This document shows positions 1-8,354 of a stretch of DNA of 64,000 nucleotides, piece by piece. Source of the DNA: Chloroflexota bacterium (GTDB taxonomy: Bacteria > Chloroflexota > Limnocylindria > Limnocylindrales > CSP1-4); assembly GCA_037446495.1 (NCBI GenBank), contig JBBIIL010000003.1:76011-140010 (forward strand). The letters run 5' to 3'. Below the pieces are notes generated by a model. The model searched no databases and had not been told where the DNA came from. It worked only from the letters and a program-made list of their open reading frames with translations. Each line of letters starts with the position of its first letter. The first letter of the stretch is position 1. Both the position numbers and the translations under genes were made by a program.

Positions 1-216
1 CGCGGCGGCCTGCTCGGTGTTGACCGTGACGCGAACGAGCTGCGAGCCCGCATGCGCCAGGCGCGCGACCTGGATGGCGGTGGCGTCGGGGTCCGCGGTG
101 TCGGTGTTGGTCATCGACTGGACGACGACCGGGTGGGCGGAGCCGACGATCACGCCGCCGACGTCAACGGACACCGTCGGGCGCCGAAGGGGACGGAGGG
201 CCTCGGCCGCGCTCAC
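1..216 (-). CDS. ispG: 4-hydroxy-3-methylbut-2-enyl diphosphate synthase IspG/GcpE, N-terminal part (runs off the window)
   Basis: Manual reverse translation gives [66 protein letters not shown]. The VQSMTNTDT block is typical of IspG. The GTG start at 216 overlaps the rseP stop (GTGA). Confidence 0.85.
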   Translation of the reverse strand, partial: MSAAEALRPLRRPTVSVDVGGVIVGSAHPVVVQSMTNTDTADPDATAIQVARLAHAGSQLVRVTVNTEQAAA

Positions 217-1445
217 GGGGTGCCGCCCCCGCCCAGACCTCGCGCGATGTCGAAGAAGGTGACCCAGATCAGGAACCCGAACAGCGCCAGAAACCCGATG
301 GCGTACGTCGCCTGTTCGGCGCGCTGGCTGATCTTGCGCCCGACGCGCGGGATCGCCTTCAGCACGATCACCAGCATCCGGCCCCCGTCAAGCGGCGGGA
401 ACGGCAGGACGTTCACGAGCGCCAGGTTCGCCGACAGGATGCCCATCATGTAGAGGGTGATGATGGGCCCCTGGTTGCGGAAGGTGTCCCCGAGCGACGT
501 TGCGATGCCCACCGGCCCCGAGACCGGCGGGGGCGTGGTGGGATTGGTCACGATCGAGTGGCCCAACTGGCCCAGCGCGTCGATGATCAGCCCGAACCAG
601 CGCAGCGTCTCGCTCACACCGATCTGCGCGGCGGCGAGGAACGGCCGGCTCGCGGTCTCCGGCAGCACCACGGTCTCCCAGCCCTTGTCGCCCCGCTGGA
701 TGCCGAGCGCGCCCTTGCCCGCGTCCACCTCTGCCTGGGACGACAGCGTGACGGTCACGGTGGACCGAGTCCCATCCGCGTGCTGGAGGCCCACCTGCAC
801 CGTTTGCCCGGCGCTGTTGTGGAGGACGTCGAGGACGCTCGACGACGCATAGATGTCGAACTTCTCGCCGTTGACGCTGATGATCGCGTCGCCGGCCACG
901 ATCCCCGCCCCGGCGGCCGGCGAGCCTGCCACCACGGACCCGGCCCTGACACCCAGGTATGGCGTGAACAGCCAGGCGATGGCCGTGAAGATCGCCCACG
1001 CGAGGACGAGGTTCATCACCACGCCCATCACCAGGATCAGGAGCTTCTTCCAGAGCGGCGCCCGAGTGAACGAGCGAGGGTCGTCGTCGGCGTCGCCGTC
1101 CTCGCCCTCGAGCTTGACGAACCCGCCGATGGGCAGCCAGTTGAGCGTGTACTGCATCCCGGACGGCCGGGGCATCGCCTCGACCTGGGCGATCTGCTCC
1201 GGGTCGTCGCCTGCCTGCGCCAGGTGCTCGGCATGCTGCCGCTCCCACCGCGCCTGGGTCTCCGGGTCCACCGGCGACTCGTGGAGCAGTTTGGCGCGCG
1301 GCGGGAAGCCGAAGCCGAACTCGAGCACGCGGACCCGGGACAGGCGCGCCGTCAGGAAGTGCCCGGTCTCGTGGACCAGCACCGTGACGCCCAGCACCAC
1401 GATGAACAGGACGATCGCCTCAAGGGCGTCGATGATCCCGCTCAC
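213..1445 (-). CDS. rseP: RIP metalloprotease RseP (site-2 protease, M50 family with PDZ domain)
   Basis: HETGHF (HExxH) motif in the first TM helix, an internal PDZ-like segment, and a multi-TM C-terminus. It sits in the classical dxr-rseP-ispG context. Confidence 0.9.
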   Translation of the reverse strand: MSGIIDALEAIVLFIVVLGVTVLVHETGHFLTARLSRVRVLEFGFGFPPRAKLLHESPVDPETQARWERQHAEHLAQAGDDPEQIAQVEAMPRPSGMQYTLNWLPIGGFVKLEGEDGDADDDPRSFTRAPLWKKLLILVMGVVMNLVLAWAIFTAIAWLFTPYLGVRAGSVVAGSPAAGAGIVAGDAIISVNGEKFDIYASSSVLDVLHNSAGQTVQVGLQHADGTRSTVTVTLSSQAEVDAGKGALGIQRGDKGWETVVLPETASRPFLAAAQIGVSETLRWFGLIIDALGQLGHSIVTNPTTPPPVSGPVGIATSLGDTFRNQGPIITLYMMGILSANLALVNVLPFPPLDGGRMLVIVLKAIPRVGRKISQRAEQATYAIGFLALFGFLIWVTFFDIARGLGGGGTP

Positions 1446-2665
1446 GCCGTCACCCGCCCGCTGGCGAACGCGGCGCGGACCTCGCGGTCGAGGGCAACCA
1501 GGTCCGCCACGTCGGGCGTCTGGCCGGGGCCCTCGCCGAAGCGGCGCACGGCCGCCTCGAGGACGGCCGGGATGCCCGGGAAGTCGAGCGTGCCCTCGAG
1601 GAACCGTCCCACTGCCACCTCGTCGGCCGCGATCAGCGCGGCGGACGCGCGGCTGCCGATCCGTCCCGCTTCGCGGGCGATGCGCAGCGCCGGAAAGCGG
1701 CCCTCATCGGGCGCCCGGAAATCGAGGTGGCCGGTGGCCGCGAGGTCGGGCGGCGGCGTGGGCGACGGGAGTCGCTGGGGGTAGGTCAGGGCGTACTGGA
1801 TGGGAAGTCGCATGTCAGGAGTGCCAAGCTGGGCCTTGAGGGAGCCGTCGACGAACAGGACGGCGGAGTGGACGACGCTCTGCGGGTGGACGACCACGTC
1901 GATCGCGTCGTAGCCCACATCGTAAAGCCAACGCGCCTCGATGACCTCGAGGCCCTTGTTCGCGAGCGTCGCCGAGTCGATGGTGATCTTGGCTCCCATG
2001 GACCAGTTCGGGTGCTTGAGGGCCTGCTCGGGCGTCGCCGCGGCGATCTCCTCGGCCGTCGCGTCCCGGAAGGGGCCGCCCGAGGCCGTGAGCACGAGGC
2101 GCGCGATCCCAGATGGGGATTCGCCAGCCAGGCACTGCCAGATTGCGGAGTGCTCGGAGTCGATGGGCCGGAGCCAGGCTAGCACCGTGCCCAGGGGGTG
2201 GCGCTCGTCGGCGGCCGCGCGCTCGGCGGCACGGGCCCTCGCCTCGGCCATGACCAGGTGCCCGCCCGCGACGAGCGTCTCCTTGTTGGCAGTCGCGACC
2301 ACCTTTCCTGCCCGAAGGGCGGCGAGCACGGGCCGCAGGGACACGACGCCGCCGGTGGCAACGACCACGATGTCCACGTCGTCGCGCACCGCCAAGCGCT
2401 CGAGTGCGTCGTCGCCGCGCCAGCGCTCAGTGGCGGTGGGCAGGTCCAGTGCAACGCCGTCGTCCGCAACGGCCACCGCCGACGGTCGCAGCCGGCGGAC
2501 CTGCGCCTCCAGCTCGGCGGCGTTCCTTCCCGTGGCAATGGCGCGCACCGTGAACCGGTCCCCGTGCGCCTCGAGCACCTCAACCGTCTGACGACCGATG
2601 CTGCCCGTCGAGCCCAGCAGGGCTACCCCGAGCGGCCGCACCTCAGCGGACGAGCGCGAGGACAT
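1442..2665 (-). CDS. dxr: 1-deoxy-D-xylulose 5-phosphate reductoisomerase
   Basis: LGSTGSIGRQT NADPH-binding N-terminus, with full-length similarity to Dxr. Its stop overlaps the rseP GTG start. Confidence 0.93.
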   Translation of the reverse strand: MSSRSSAEVRPLGVALLGSTGSIGRQTVEVLEAHGDRFTVRAIATGRNAAELEAQVRRLRPSAVAVADDGVALDLPTATERWRGDDALERLAVRDDVDIVVVATGGVVSLRPVLAALRAGKVVATANKETLVAGGHLVMAEARARAAERAAADERHPLGTVLAWLRPIDSEHSAIWQCLAGESPSGIARLVLTASGGPFRDATAEEIAAATPEQALKHPNWSMGAKITIDSATLANKGLEVIEARWLYDVGYDAIDVVVHPQSVVHSAVLFVDGSLKAQLGTPDMRLPIQYALTYPQRLPSPTPPPDLAATGHLDFRAPDEGRFPALRIAREAGRIGSRASAALIAADEVAVGRFLEGTLDFPGIPAVLEAAVRRFGEGPGQTPDVADLVALDREVRAAFASGRVTA

Positions 2666-3470
2666 ACAGCGCCACGACAGGCCCCGCGAACAGGAACGAG
2701 TCGATGCGGTCCAGGATCCCGCCGTGGCCGGGGATCAGGGTGCCCGAGTCCTTGGCACCGGCCGCGCGCTTGAGCATGGACTCGGCAAGGTCTCCCGCCT
2801 GCGCGGCGAGGCCCAGGACCGGCCCCAGCCCCAAGCCGCCCAGCGGGTTCTGGCCCAGCGCCCAGAGCAGCAGGCCCGTCACGACCGTGGTGGCCATGAG
2901 CCCGCCGATCACGCCCTCGATGGACTTGCTCGGCGAGATGTGCGTCAAGAACTTGTGGCGCCCGATCTGCCGGCCCACCATGTACGCACCGGTGTCGAAG
3001 CTCCACACGCCCAGGACGAGCAACAGGACCCAGCCCTGGGGCGCCGAGAGGACGTGCAGCGGGGCGCCCGCGGGGACGGCCGGCGCGGCGTTGGCCACCT
3101 GCAGGATGAAGCCGATGAGCCCCACGTAGATCGCGCCGAAGATCGTCGCGATCCAGACGATGAGCCCGTCACGCGGGTCCTCGCGCCCGAAGGCCCCCAC
3201 GCCCGCGAGCACGAACCCCACGGCCACGAGCAGAAGGCCCTTCTCCGCGCCAGGGGCCAGCGCCGCCTCGAGGACGAGTGCGACAGCCAGGGCGGTCCCG
3301 AACAGCGAGAGGGACGGGTAGCCCGCCTGCTTGAGGAGCCGGAAGACCTCGACGCCGCCGAGCGCCGCCACCAGCAGGAGCACGGCGGCGATCGCGGGCA
3401 CGCCGATGATCAGCGCGATCACCAGCGGCGGGACGATGACGAGCGCGGAGAGCGCCCGGGTCCTGAGCAC
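2643..3470 (-). CDS. cdsA: phosphatidate cytidylyltransferase
   Basis: Polytopic membrane protein with a CdsA C-terminal signature (SxxKRxxGxKDSGxLIPGHGGxLDRxDS). It lies in the uppS-cdsA-dxr context. Confidence 0.9.
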   Translation of the reverse strand: MLRTRALSALVIVPPLVIALIIGVPAIAAVLLLVAALGGVEVFRLLKQAGYPSLSLFGTALAVALVLEAALAPGAEKGLLLVAVGFVLAGVGAFGREDPRDGLIVWIATIFGAIYVGLIGFILQVANAAPAVPAGAPLHVLSAPQGWVLLLVLGVWSFDTGAYMVGRQIGRHKFLTHISPSKSIEGVIGGLMATTVVTGLLLWALGQNPLGGLGLGPVLGLAAQAGDLAESMLKRAAGAKDSGTLIPGHGGILDRIDSFLFAGPVVALYVLALVR

Positions 3471-3476
3471 GACCGC

Positions 3477-4280
3477 CTAGCGCCCGAACCGGCGCGTCCG
3501 GCGCGCGAACTCGAGGACCGCCGCGTCCAACTCGTCAGGGCCGAAGTCCGGCCACAGGCAGTCGGTGAACACGAGCTCCGAGTACGCGCACTGCCAGATG
3601 AGGAAGTTGCTCACACGCTGCTCCCCGCCGGTCCGAACGAGCAGGTCGGGGTCCGGCAGGCCGGCGGTGTAGAGCGCGTCGCTGACCGTCCGCTCGTCGA
3701 TGGCGTCGGGGGACGCGCCCGAGGCCACGATGCGCCGGACTGCGTCGACGAGTTCCGTCCGCCCAGCGTAGTTCCACGCGATGTTGAGGTTGAGGCGTGT
3801 GCCCTCCGCTGTCCGCCCGAGCGCCTCCCCGATCGACGCCCGGGTCCCCTCCGGGAGCTCGTCGAGGCGGCCCAGCATCTGGACGCGCACGCCCTGCGCC
3901 CGGAGCTCGTCGGTCTCGTTGGCGATGGCACGGCCGAGGAGGTCGAACAGCCCGCTGACCTCCTCGTCGGAGCGGGCCCAGTTCTCGCGGCTGAACGCGT
4001 AGAGCGTCAGCATCGGGATGCCGCGGCGAACGGCGTGCTGCACCAGGCGCCGGACGGCCTCCATGCCCGCCGCGTGGCCCTCGAAGTCAGTCACACCGTG
4101 GGCGCTGGCCCAACGGCGGTTCCCGTCCATGATGACCGCGACGTGGTTCGGGAGCTCGTCGGGCGGCACCAGCGCGTCCCGAGGCGCGTCGAAGGACTGG
4201 ACCGGTACCGCTGCCTCGTGGGCGAGGGGCGGCGCGTCGGTCGGGCGAGCGATCGAGCGATCGAGCGGCGCCTGGGCCAC
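3477..4280 (-). CDS. uppS: isoprenyl transferase / undecaprenyl diphosphate synthase
   Basis: HVAVIMDGNRRWA motif and RTGGEQRVSNFLIWQ motif. The GTG start shares one nt with the frr stop (TAGTG). Confidence 0.93.
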   Translation of the reverse strand: MAQAPLDRSIARPTDAPPLAHEAAVPVQSFDAPRDALVPPDELPNHVAVIMDGNRRWASAHGVTDFEGHAAGMEAVRRLVQHAVRRGIPMLTLYAFSRENWARSDEEVSGLFDLLGRAIANETDELRAQGVRVQMLGRLDELPEGTRASIGEALGRTAEGTRLNLNIAWNYAGRTELVDAVRRIVASGASPDAIDERTVSDALYTAGLPDPDLLVRTGGEQRVSNFLIWQCAYSELVFTDCLWPDFGPDELDAAVLEFARRTRRFGR

Positions 4281-4837
4281 TAGACCTCGAGGACCTCCTG
4301 CTCCTTGATGACGCCGAGGCGATCGACATCGCCGATCACCCGGTCCGTGAGCTTCTGGAGTTGCTCCTGCTGGCGGCGCGCCTCGTCCGTGCCCAGCGTG
4401 CCGTCGCGCTCCTCCTTCTTGAGGGCGTCCGCGGCCTCACGGCGGAGGTTGCGGATCTCGACACGGGCCTCTTCCATGCGCTTGTGGACGTTCTTGACGA
4501 TGTCCTTGCGACGCTCCTCGGTCAGCACGGGAATGTTGAGGCGCACGACCGTGCCGTCCACGTTCGGCATGAGGCCGATGTCGGACTTCATGATCGCCTT
4601 CTCGATGGCGCCCAGGACGCCGCGGTCCCACGGCTGGATAACGATCTGATGCGGTTCCGGCACGCTGATCGAGGCAAGCTGGTTGAGCGGCGTCGGGGTG
4701 CCGTAATACTCCACGTGGATCCGCTCGACGAGCGCTGTGGATGCGCGGCCGGTGCGGAGGCCGGCGAAATCGCGCTCCATGGCCTCGACCGCTCGTACCA
4801 TCTTGTGCTCCGCCGCGGCAAGGTCTTCGCTGGTCAT
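4280..4837 (-). CDS. frr: ribosome recycling factor
   Basis: 185 aa with the typical Frr sequence ([21 protein letters not shown]). Confidence 0.95.
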   Translation of the reverse strand: MTSEDLAAAEHKMVRAVEAMERDFAGLRTGRASTALVERIHVEYYGTPTPLNQLASISVPEPHQIVIQPWDRGVLGAIEKAIMKSDIGLMPNVDGTVVRLNIPVLTEERRKDIVKNVHKRMEEARVEIRNLRREAADALKKEERDGTLGTDEARRQQEQLQKLTDRVIGDVDRLGVIKEQEVLEV

Positions 4838-5628
4838 CCGGGAATTCCTCCGGTCTCGCCGGCGATGAGGGTCCCCACGGGCTCGCCCCGGGCCACCCTC
4901 GTGATGTTCTCCGGCCTGTTGAGGTCGAATACGACGATCGGCAGGTCATTCTCCTGGCACAGGGAGACTGCCGCCGCGTCGAGCACTTTGAGCTGGTCGC
5001 GCAGGACGTCGAGGTATCCCAAGCGCTCGTAGCGGATGGCCGTCGGGACCTTCAGCGGGTCCGCGTCGTACACGCCGTCCACCTTGGTCGCCTTGAGCAG
5101 GACCTCGGCGTCGATCTCCACGGCGCGCAGGGCGGCCGCGGTGTCGGTGGTGAAGTACGGATTGCCGGTGCCGGCCACGAAGACCACCACCCGGCCCTTC
5201 TCGAGGTGGCGGACTGCACGGCGGCGGATGTACGGCTCCGCGATCTCGTTCATCGCGATCGCCGACATCACGCGCACCGGGATGCCGGCGCGCTCGATGG
5301 CGTCCTGGAGCGCAAGACCGTTCATGACGGTCGCCAGCATGCCGATGTAGTCCCCGGTCGCACGGTCCATGCCGCGGGCCGCGGCGGCCATGCCACGAAA
5401 GATGTTGCCGCCGCCCACGACGATGCCCACCTCAACGCCCATGGCGAGGACGTCGGCCACCTGCTGCGCGATGAAAGCGCAGAACGCCGGGTCCACACCG
5501 TACTGGCGCTCGCCGAGGAGGGCCTCCCCGGACAGCTTGAGCAGGATCCGGCGGTAGCGGAGCGGGCCGGCGCCAGGGGTCGTGGCCGACCCCTCTCCCC
5601 CGTCGGCCACTCCACCGGGCTCGGTCAC
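4834..5628 (-). CDS. pyrH: UMP kinase
   Basis: [13 protein letters not shown] and GGGNIFRG motifs. The track ORF extends to 5772, but an in-frame GTG at 5628 forms a GTGA overlap with the tsf stop, so I prefer 5628. Confidence 0.9.
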   Translation of the reverse strand: MTEPGGVADGGEGSATTPGAGPLRYRRILLKLSGEALLGERQYGVDPAFCAFIAQQVADVLAMGVEVGIVVGGGNIFRGMAAAARGMDRATGDYIGMLATVMNGLALQDAIERAGIPVRVMSAIAMNEIAEPYIRRRAVRHLEKGRVVVFVAGTGNPYFTTDTAAALRAVEIDAEVLLKATKVDGVYDADPLKVPTAIRYERLGYLDVLRDQLKVLDAAAVSLCQENDLPIVVFDLNRPENITRVARGEPVGTLIAGETGGIPG

Positions 5629-6221
5629 ATCTCCTCCCCGAGGGCGAAGCGGACGAAGCGGCGGACACGGATGTTCTCGCCGATGGTGGAGACTTTCTCG
5701 GTCACGAGGTCGCGCACGGTACGGTCCTCGTCGCGGAAGGGCTGCTCGAGGAGACAGACCTCCTTGTACCACTTGGCGAGCTGGCCATCCACGATCTTCT
5801 CGCGAATCGCCTCGGGCTTGCCCTGGACCGCCACGTCGGCGAGCAGCGCGGCCTTCTTCGCGTCGATCTCGGCAGCGGGGATGCGGTCGATGTCAACGTA
5901 CAACGGCGCCAGGCCGGCGACCTGCATCGCGACGTCGCGGACGAGCTTCTGGAACTCGTCTGTGCGGGCGACGAAGTCAGTCTCGCAGTTGACCTCGATG
6001 AGCACGCCGACGCGGCCGCCGGTGTGGATGTAGCTGGAGACGAGACCCTCGCGGGCATCGCGGCCGGCCTTCTTGGCGGCCGCCGCGAGACCGCGCTCGC
6101 GCAGCAGCGCGACGGCCTTCTCCATGTCGCCGCCAGTCTCCTCGAGGGCGCGCTTGCAGTCCATCATGCCCGCGCCGGTTCGCTCGCGAAGCTCCTTGAC
6201 AGCCTCGGCCGTGATCGCCAT
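5625..6221 (-). CDS. tsf: translation elongation factor Ts (short form)
   Basis: [29 protein letters not shown]-like N-terminus. The ATG at 6221 has AGGAG about 9 nt upstream. The track start at 6275 looks like an over-extension. Confidence 0.92.
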   Translation of the reverse strand: MAITAEAVKELRERTGAGMMDCKRALEETGGDMEKAVALLRERGLAAAAKKAGRDAREGLVSSYIHTGGRVGVLIEVNCETDFVARTDEFQKLVRDVAMQVAGLAPLYVDIDRIPAAEIDAKKAALLADVAVQGKPEAIREKIVDGQLAKWYKEVCLLEQPFRDEDRTVRDLVTEKVSTIGENIRVRRFVRFALGEEM

Positions 6222-6340
6222 GTGGGTCGTGCTCCTGTTGTGGTGGTCAGCGGGTGTCGCCGGCCGCGGGTTCAAGGTCGGCGTGTCGGCCAGGGCGGCG
6301 GGCGGGGCCGGGCGGGCAGAACGGCCGCCCGGCGGCGCCT

Positions 6341-7201
6341 CTACCCAGCGGCCTGGGCCGACGAGGCGCCGGGCAGCAGATCATCGTCCTCGGGATCGAA
6401 GGACAGGGTGCCGCCGGCGGCAAGCTGGGCGACGAGATCAGCCGCAGCGCGCTCGTCGAACTCGGGCTCCTCAACCGGCGAGGTCTCGGCCTGCTCGGGC
6501 TCGGCCGTGTGCGCGGCACGCAGGCGGGCGCCCTCGATCGCGGCGTCCGCGACCAGCTGGCAGAGCAGGCGAATGGAGCGGATGGCGTCGTCGTTCGCCG
6601 GAATGATGAAGTCGAGTTCGTCGGGATCCACGTTGGTGTCGCCCGTGCCCACCACCGGAATCTCGAGCTTGTTGGCCTCGGTGACGGCGATGCGCTCGCG
6701 GTGCGGGTCCACGATGAAGACCGCGCCGGGGGCGCGCTTCATCTTGCGAATGCCACCGAGCGTCGCCTGGAGCTTCCCGAGCTCCTCGAGGTGCTTGGCG
6801 GCCTCCTTCTTCGTCATGCGGTCGAAGTCGCCGGCCATTTGGCGGGCCTCGAGCTGGTCCATCAGCCCGATTCGCTTCTTGATGGTGACGAAGTTGGTGA
6901 GCATGCCGCCGAGCCAGCGCTTGGTGACATACGGCTGGCCGGCGCGGATTGCCTCCTGCATGACCGGCTCCTGCGCCTGCTTCTTCGTGCCGACGAAGAG
7001 GACGCTCTCGCCACGCGCGACGGTCTCGGTGACGTACGCGAGCGCGAGGTCGAGGCGCTTGACCGTCTGCGCCAGGTCGATGATGTGGATGCCGTTGCGC
7101 TCCGCGAAGATGTAGGGCTTCATCTTCGGGTTCCAGCGCCGGGTCTGGTGTCCGAAGTGGACACCGGCCTCAAGGAGCTGGCGCATCGAGACAGCGGGCA
7201 C
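6341..7201 (-). CDS. rpsB: 30S ribosomal protein S2 with acidic/low-complexity C-terminal tail
   Basis: [20 protein letters not shown]-terminus and the rpsB-tsf-pyrH-frr order. Confidence 0.95.
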   Translation of the reverse strand: MPAVSMRQLLEAGVHFGHQTRRWNPKMKPYIFAERNGIHIIDLAQTVKRLDLALAYVTETVARGESVLFVGTKKQAQEPVMQEAIRAGQPYVTKRWLGGMLTNFVTIKKRIGLMDQLEARQMAGDFDRMTKKEAAKHLEELGKLQATLGGIRKMKRAPGAVFIVDPHRERIAVTEANKLEIPVVGTGDTNVDPDELDFIIPANDDAIRSIRLLCQLVADAAIEGARLRAAHTAEPEQAETSPVEEPEFDERAAADLVAQLAAGGTLSFDPEDDDLLPGASSAQAAG

Positions 7202-7371
7202 GCGTGACCTCCTGCGGTTCCTATCCTCCGCGGACCGCCTGCGGGGACCGTGCCAGGGGCTTCGCCTGGCGACGGCACCGTCCCGTCAGGGATCAGATCC
7301 GCGTGTGAGCTCCGACCAGCGTTCGCCGGCCGGGCACGAACAATCACCGCGGCAACCCACGGCGAGGCGGG

Positions 7372-7380
7372 AGTGTACCA
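7372..7380 (-). promoter_or_regulatory. candidate extended -10 element (TGgTACACT) upstream of rpsB
   Basis: The minus strand reads tgtggTACACTcccgcc about 170 nt upstream of the rpsB ATG. I see no convincing -35. Confidence 0.3.
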
Positions 7381-7390
7381 CACGGGTCGT

Positions 7391-7641
7391 GCACGCCCGA
7401 GCGGGCATGTCTCGCCCGAGCGGGCATGTCAGGCCCGGTGTCAGGCCCGGCCGTCCCTTCGACGCTGCGTCGAAGGTTTCGGCGGCCGACCGTCGGCTGT
7501 TCCCCTGCCAGTCGAGGAACCGGCGTTCCGGACGGGACTCGGTCCCCGCAAACGGTCGCACCTGCGCCTGACGGTCGAAGATGCGCCGTTCAGGCCGTGA
7601 AATCTTCGATGCAGCGGCGAGTCGGCCCGCGACGGCTCAGG
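7391..7641 (-). repeat. dispersed intergenic element, expanded copy (yraN stop to rpsB upstream)
   Basis: 7391-7465 and 7604-7641 align with 16241-16313. This copy also carries a 19-bp tandem duplication (7394-7412/7413-7431) and a 12-bp tandem duplication (7429-7440/7441-7452). A 138-bp insert (7466-7603) is bracketed by cttcgaYgc. Confidence 0.8.
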
Positions 7642-8134
7642 TTTCGATGCCGCGGTGGTGGCGAAGGGCAGGACGACCGTCCGGCCGGCGATCGATCGCC
7701 ACCAGGTCGATCCGCACGGGCAGGGCCGGCAGCCGTCGCCCATCCGGCAGCGTCTCGCGGATGGCCAGCTCGCCAGCTGCACGCCGGAGCGCAGCCCGCT
7801 TCCGGTAGTCAATCGTCTCCTCTGCGAGGCCGAAATCGCGGCGGCTGCGAAGGCGCACCTCCACGATCACCAAGCACGGCGGGTCCGACGGGTCGATGGC
7901 GAGCAGGTCAATCTCCGCACGGCTCAGGCGAAGATTCCGAGCGACGATCTGCCACCCGAGCGCCTCGAGCCTGACGCCGGCCAGCCGCTCGGCGTCGTCG
8001 CCGATGCGTTGGGCCTCCGTTGATCTCGCTCGCTCCACAGCGAGATCCTGCCCCGGGTCGATCAACCGCGACTTATCGGTGCATTGCCGGGTCGGCACCA
8101 CGACCGCGAGAGACGAAGTGTCCACCTCTCGCAC
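7637..8134 (-). CDS. YraN-family (UPF0102) endonuclease-like protein; start uncertain
   Basis: GDDAERLAGVRLEALGWQIVARNLRLSRAEIDLLAID...VIVEVRLR matches the YraN core. Family members are about 120 aa, so the true start is probably internal. Confidence 0.7.
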   Translation of the reverse strand: MREVDTSSLAVVVPTRQCTDKSRLIDPGQDLAVERARSTEAQRIGDDAERLAGVRLEALGWQIVARNLRLSRAEIDLLAIDPSDPPCLVIVEVRLRSRRDFGLAEETIDYRKRAALRRAAGELAIRETLPDGRRLPALPVRIDLVAIDRRPDGRPALRHHRGIET

Positions 8135-8354
8135 CGAGGGTTCGTCACGCGGGGCGCCTGCCAGCTCGGGCTCTGCGGGCGCCGGACCGGGATGACGGCA
8201 TCACGCCCGGCGACCGGCGGCGGCAATCCTCCGGCGGCCTGGAGTCACCGGCGGGGTGCCCTGCGCGGGTGACGTGCGTCTGCACGAAGAGGCACCGACT
8301 GCTGCGCGATCGTCCACCCATGCCAACCCGGCGCCCGCCCCGTGAGGCGTCACG

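Noticed and set aside
558-4283. Long alternative-frame or antisense ORFs overlapping rseP, dxr, cdsA and uppS (for example 558-1784+, 853-1839+, 2598-4283+).
   Set aside because: Their translations are Arg/Pro/Gly/Ala-rich low-complexity strings with no motifs. They lie opposite genes with unambiguous family signatures. Long stop-free antisense frames are expected at this GC content.
7202-7371. The rpsB 5' leader (about 165 nt) as a possible S2 autoregulatory structure.
   Set aside because: It is plausible by analogy with the autoregulatory rpsB leader described in enterobacteria, as I recall it. However, I could not identify a conserved pseudoknot or hairpin by eye, so there is not enough evidence to report it as a feature.
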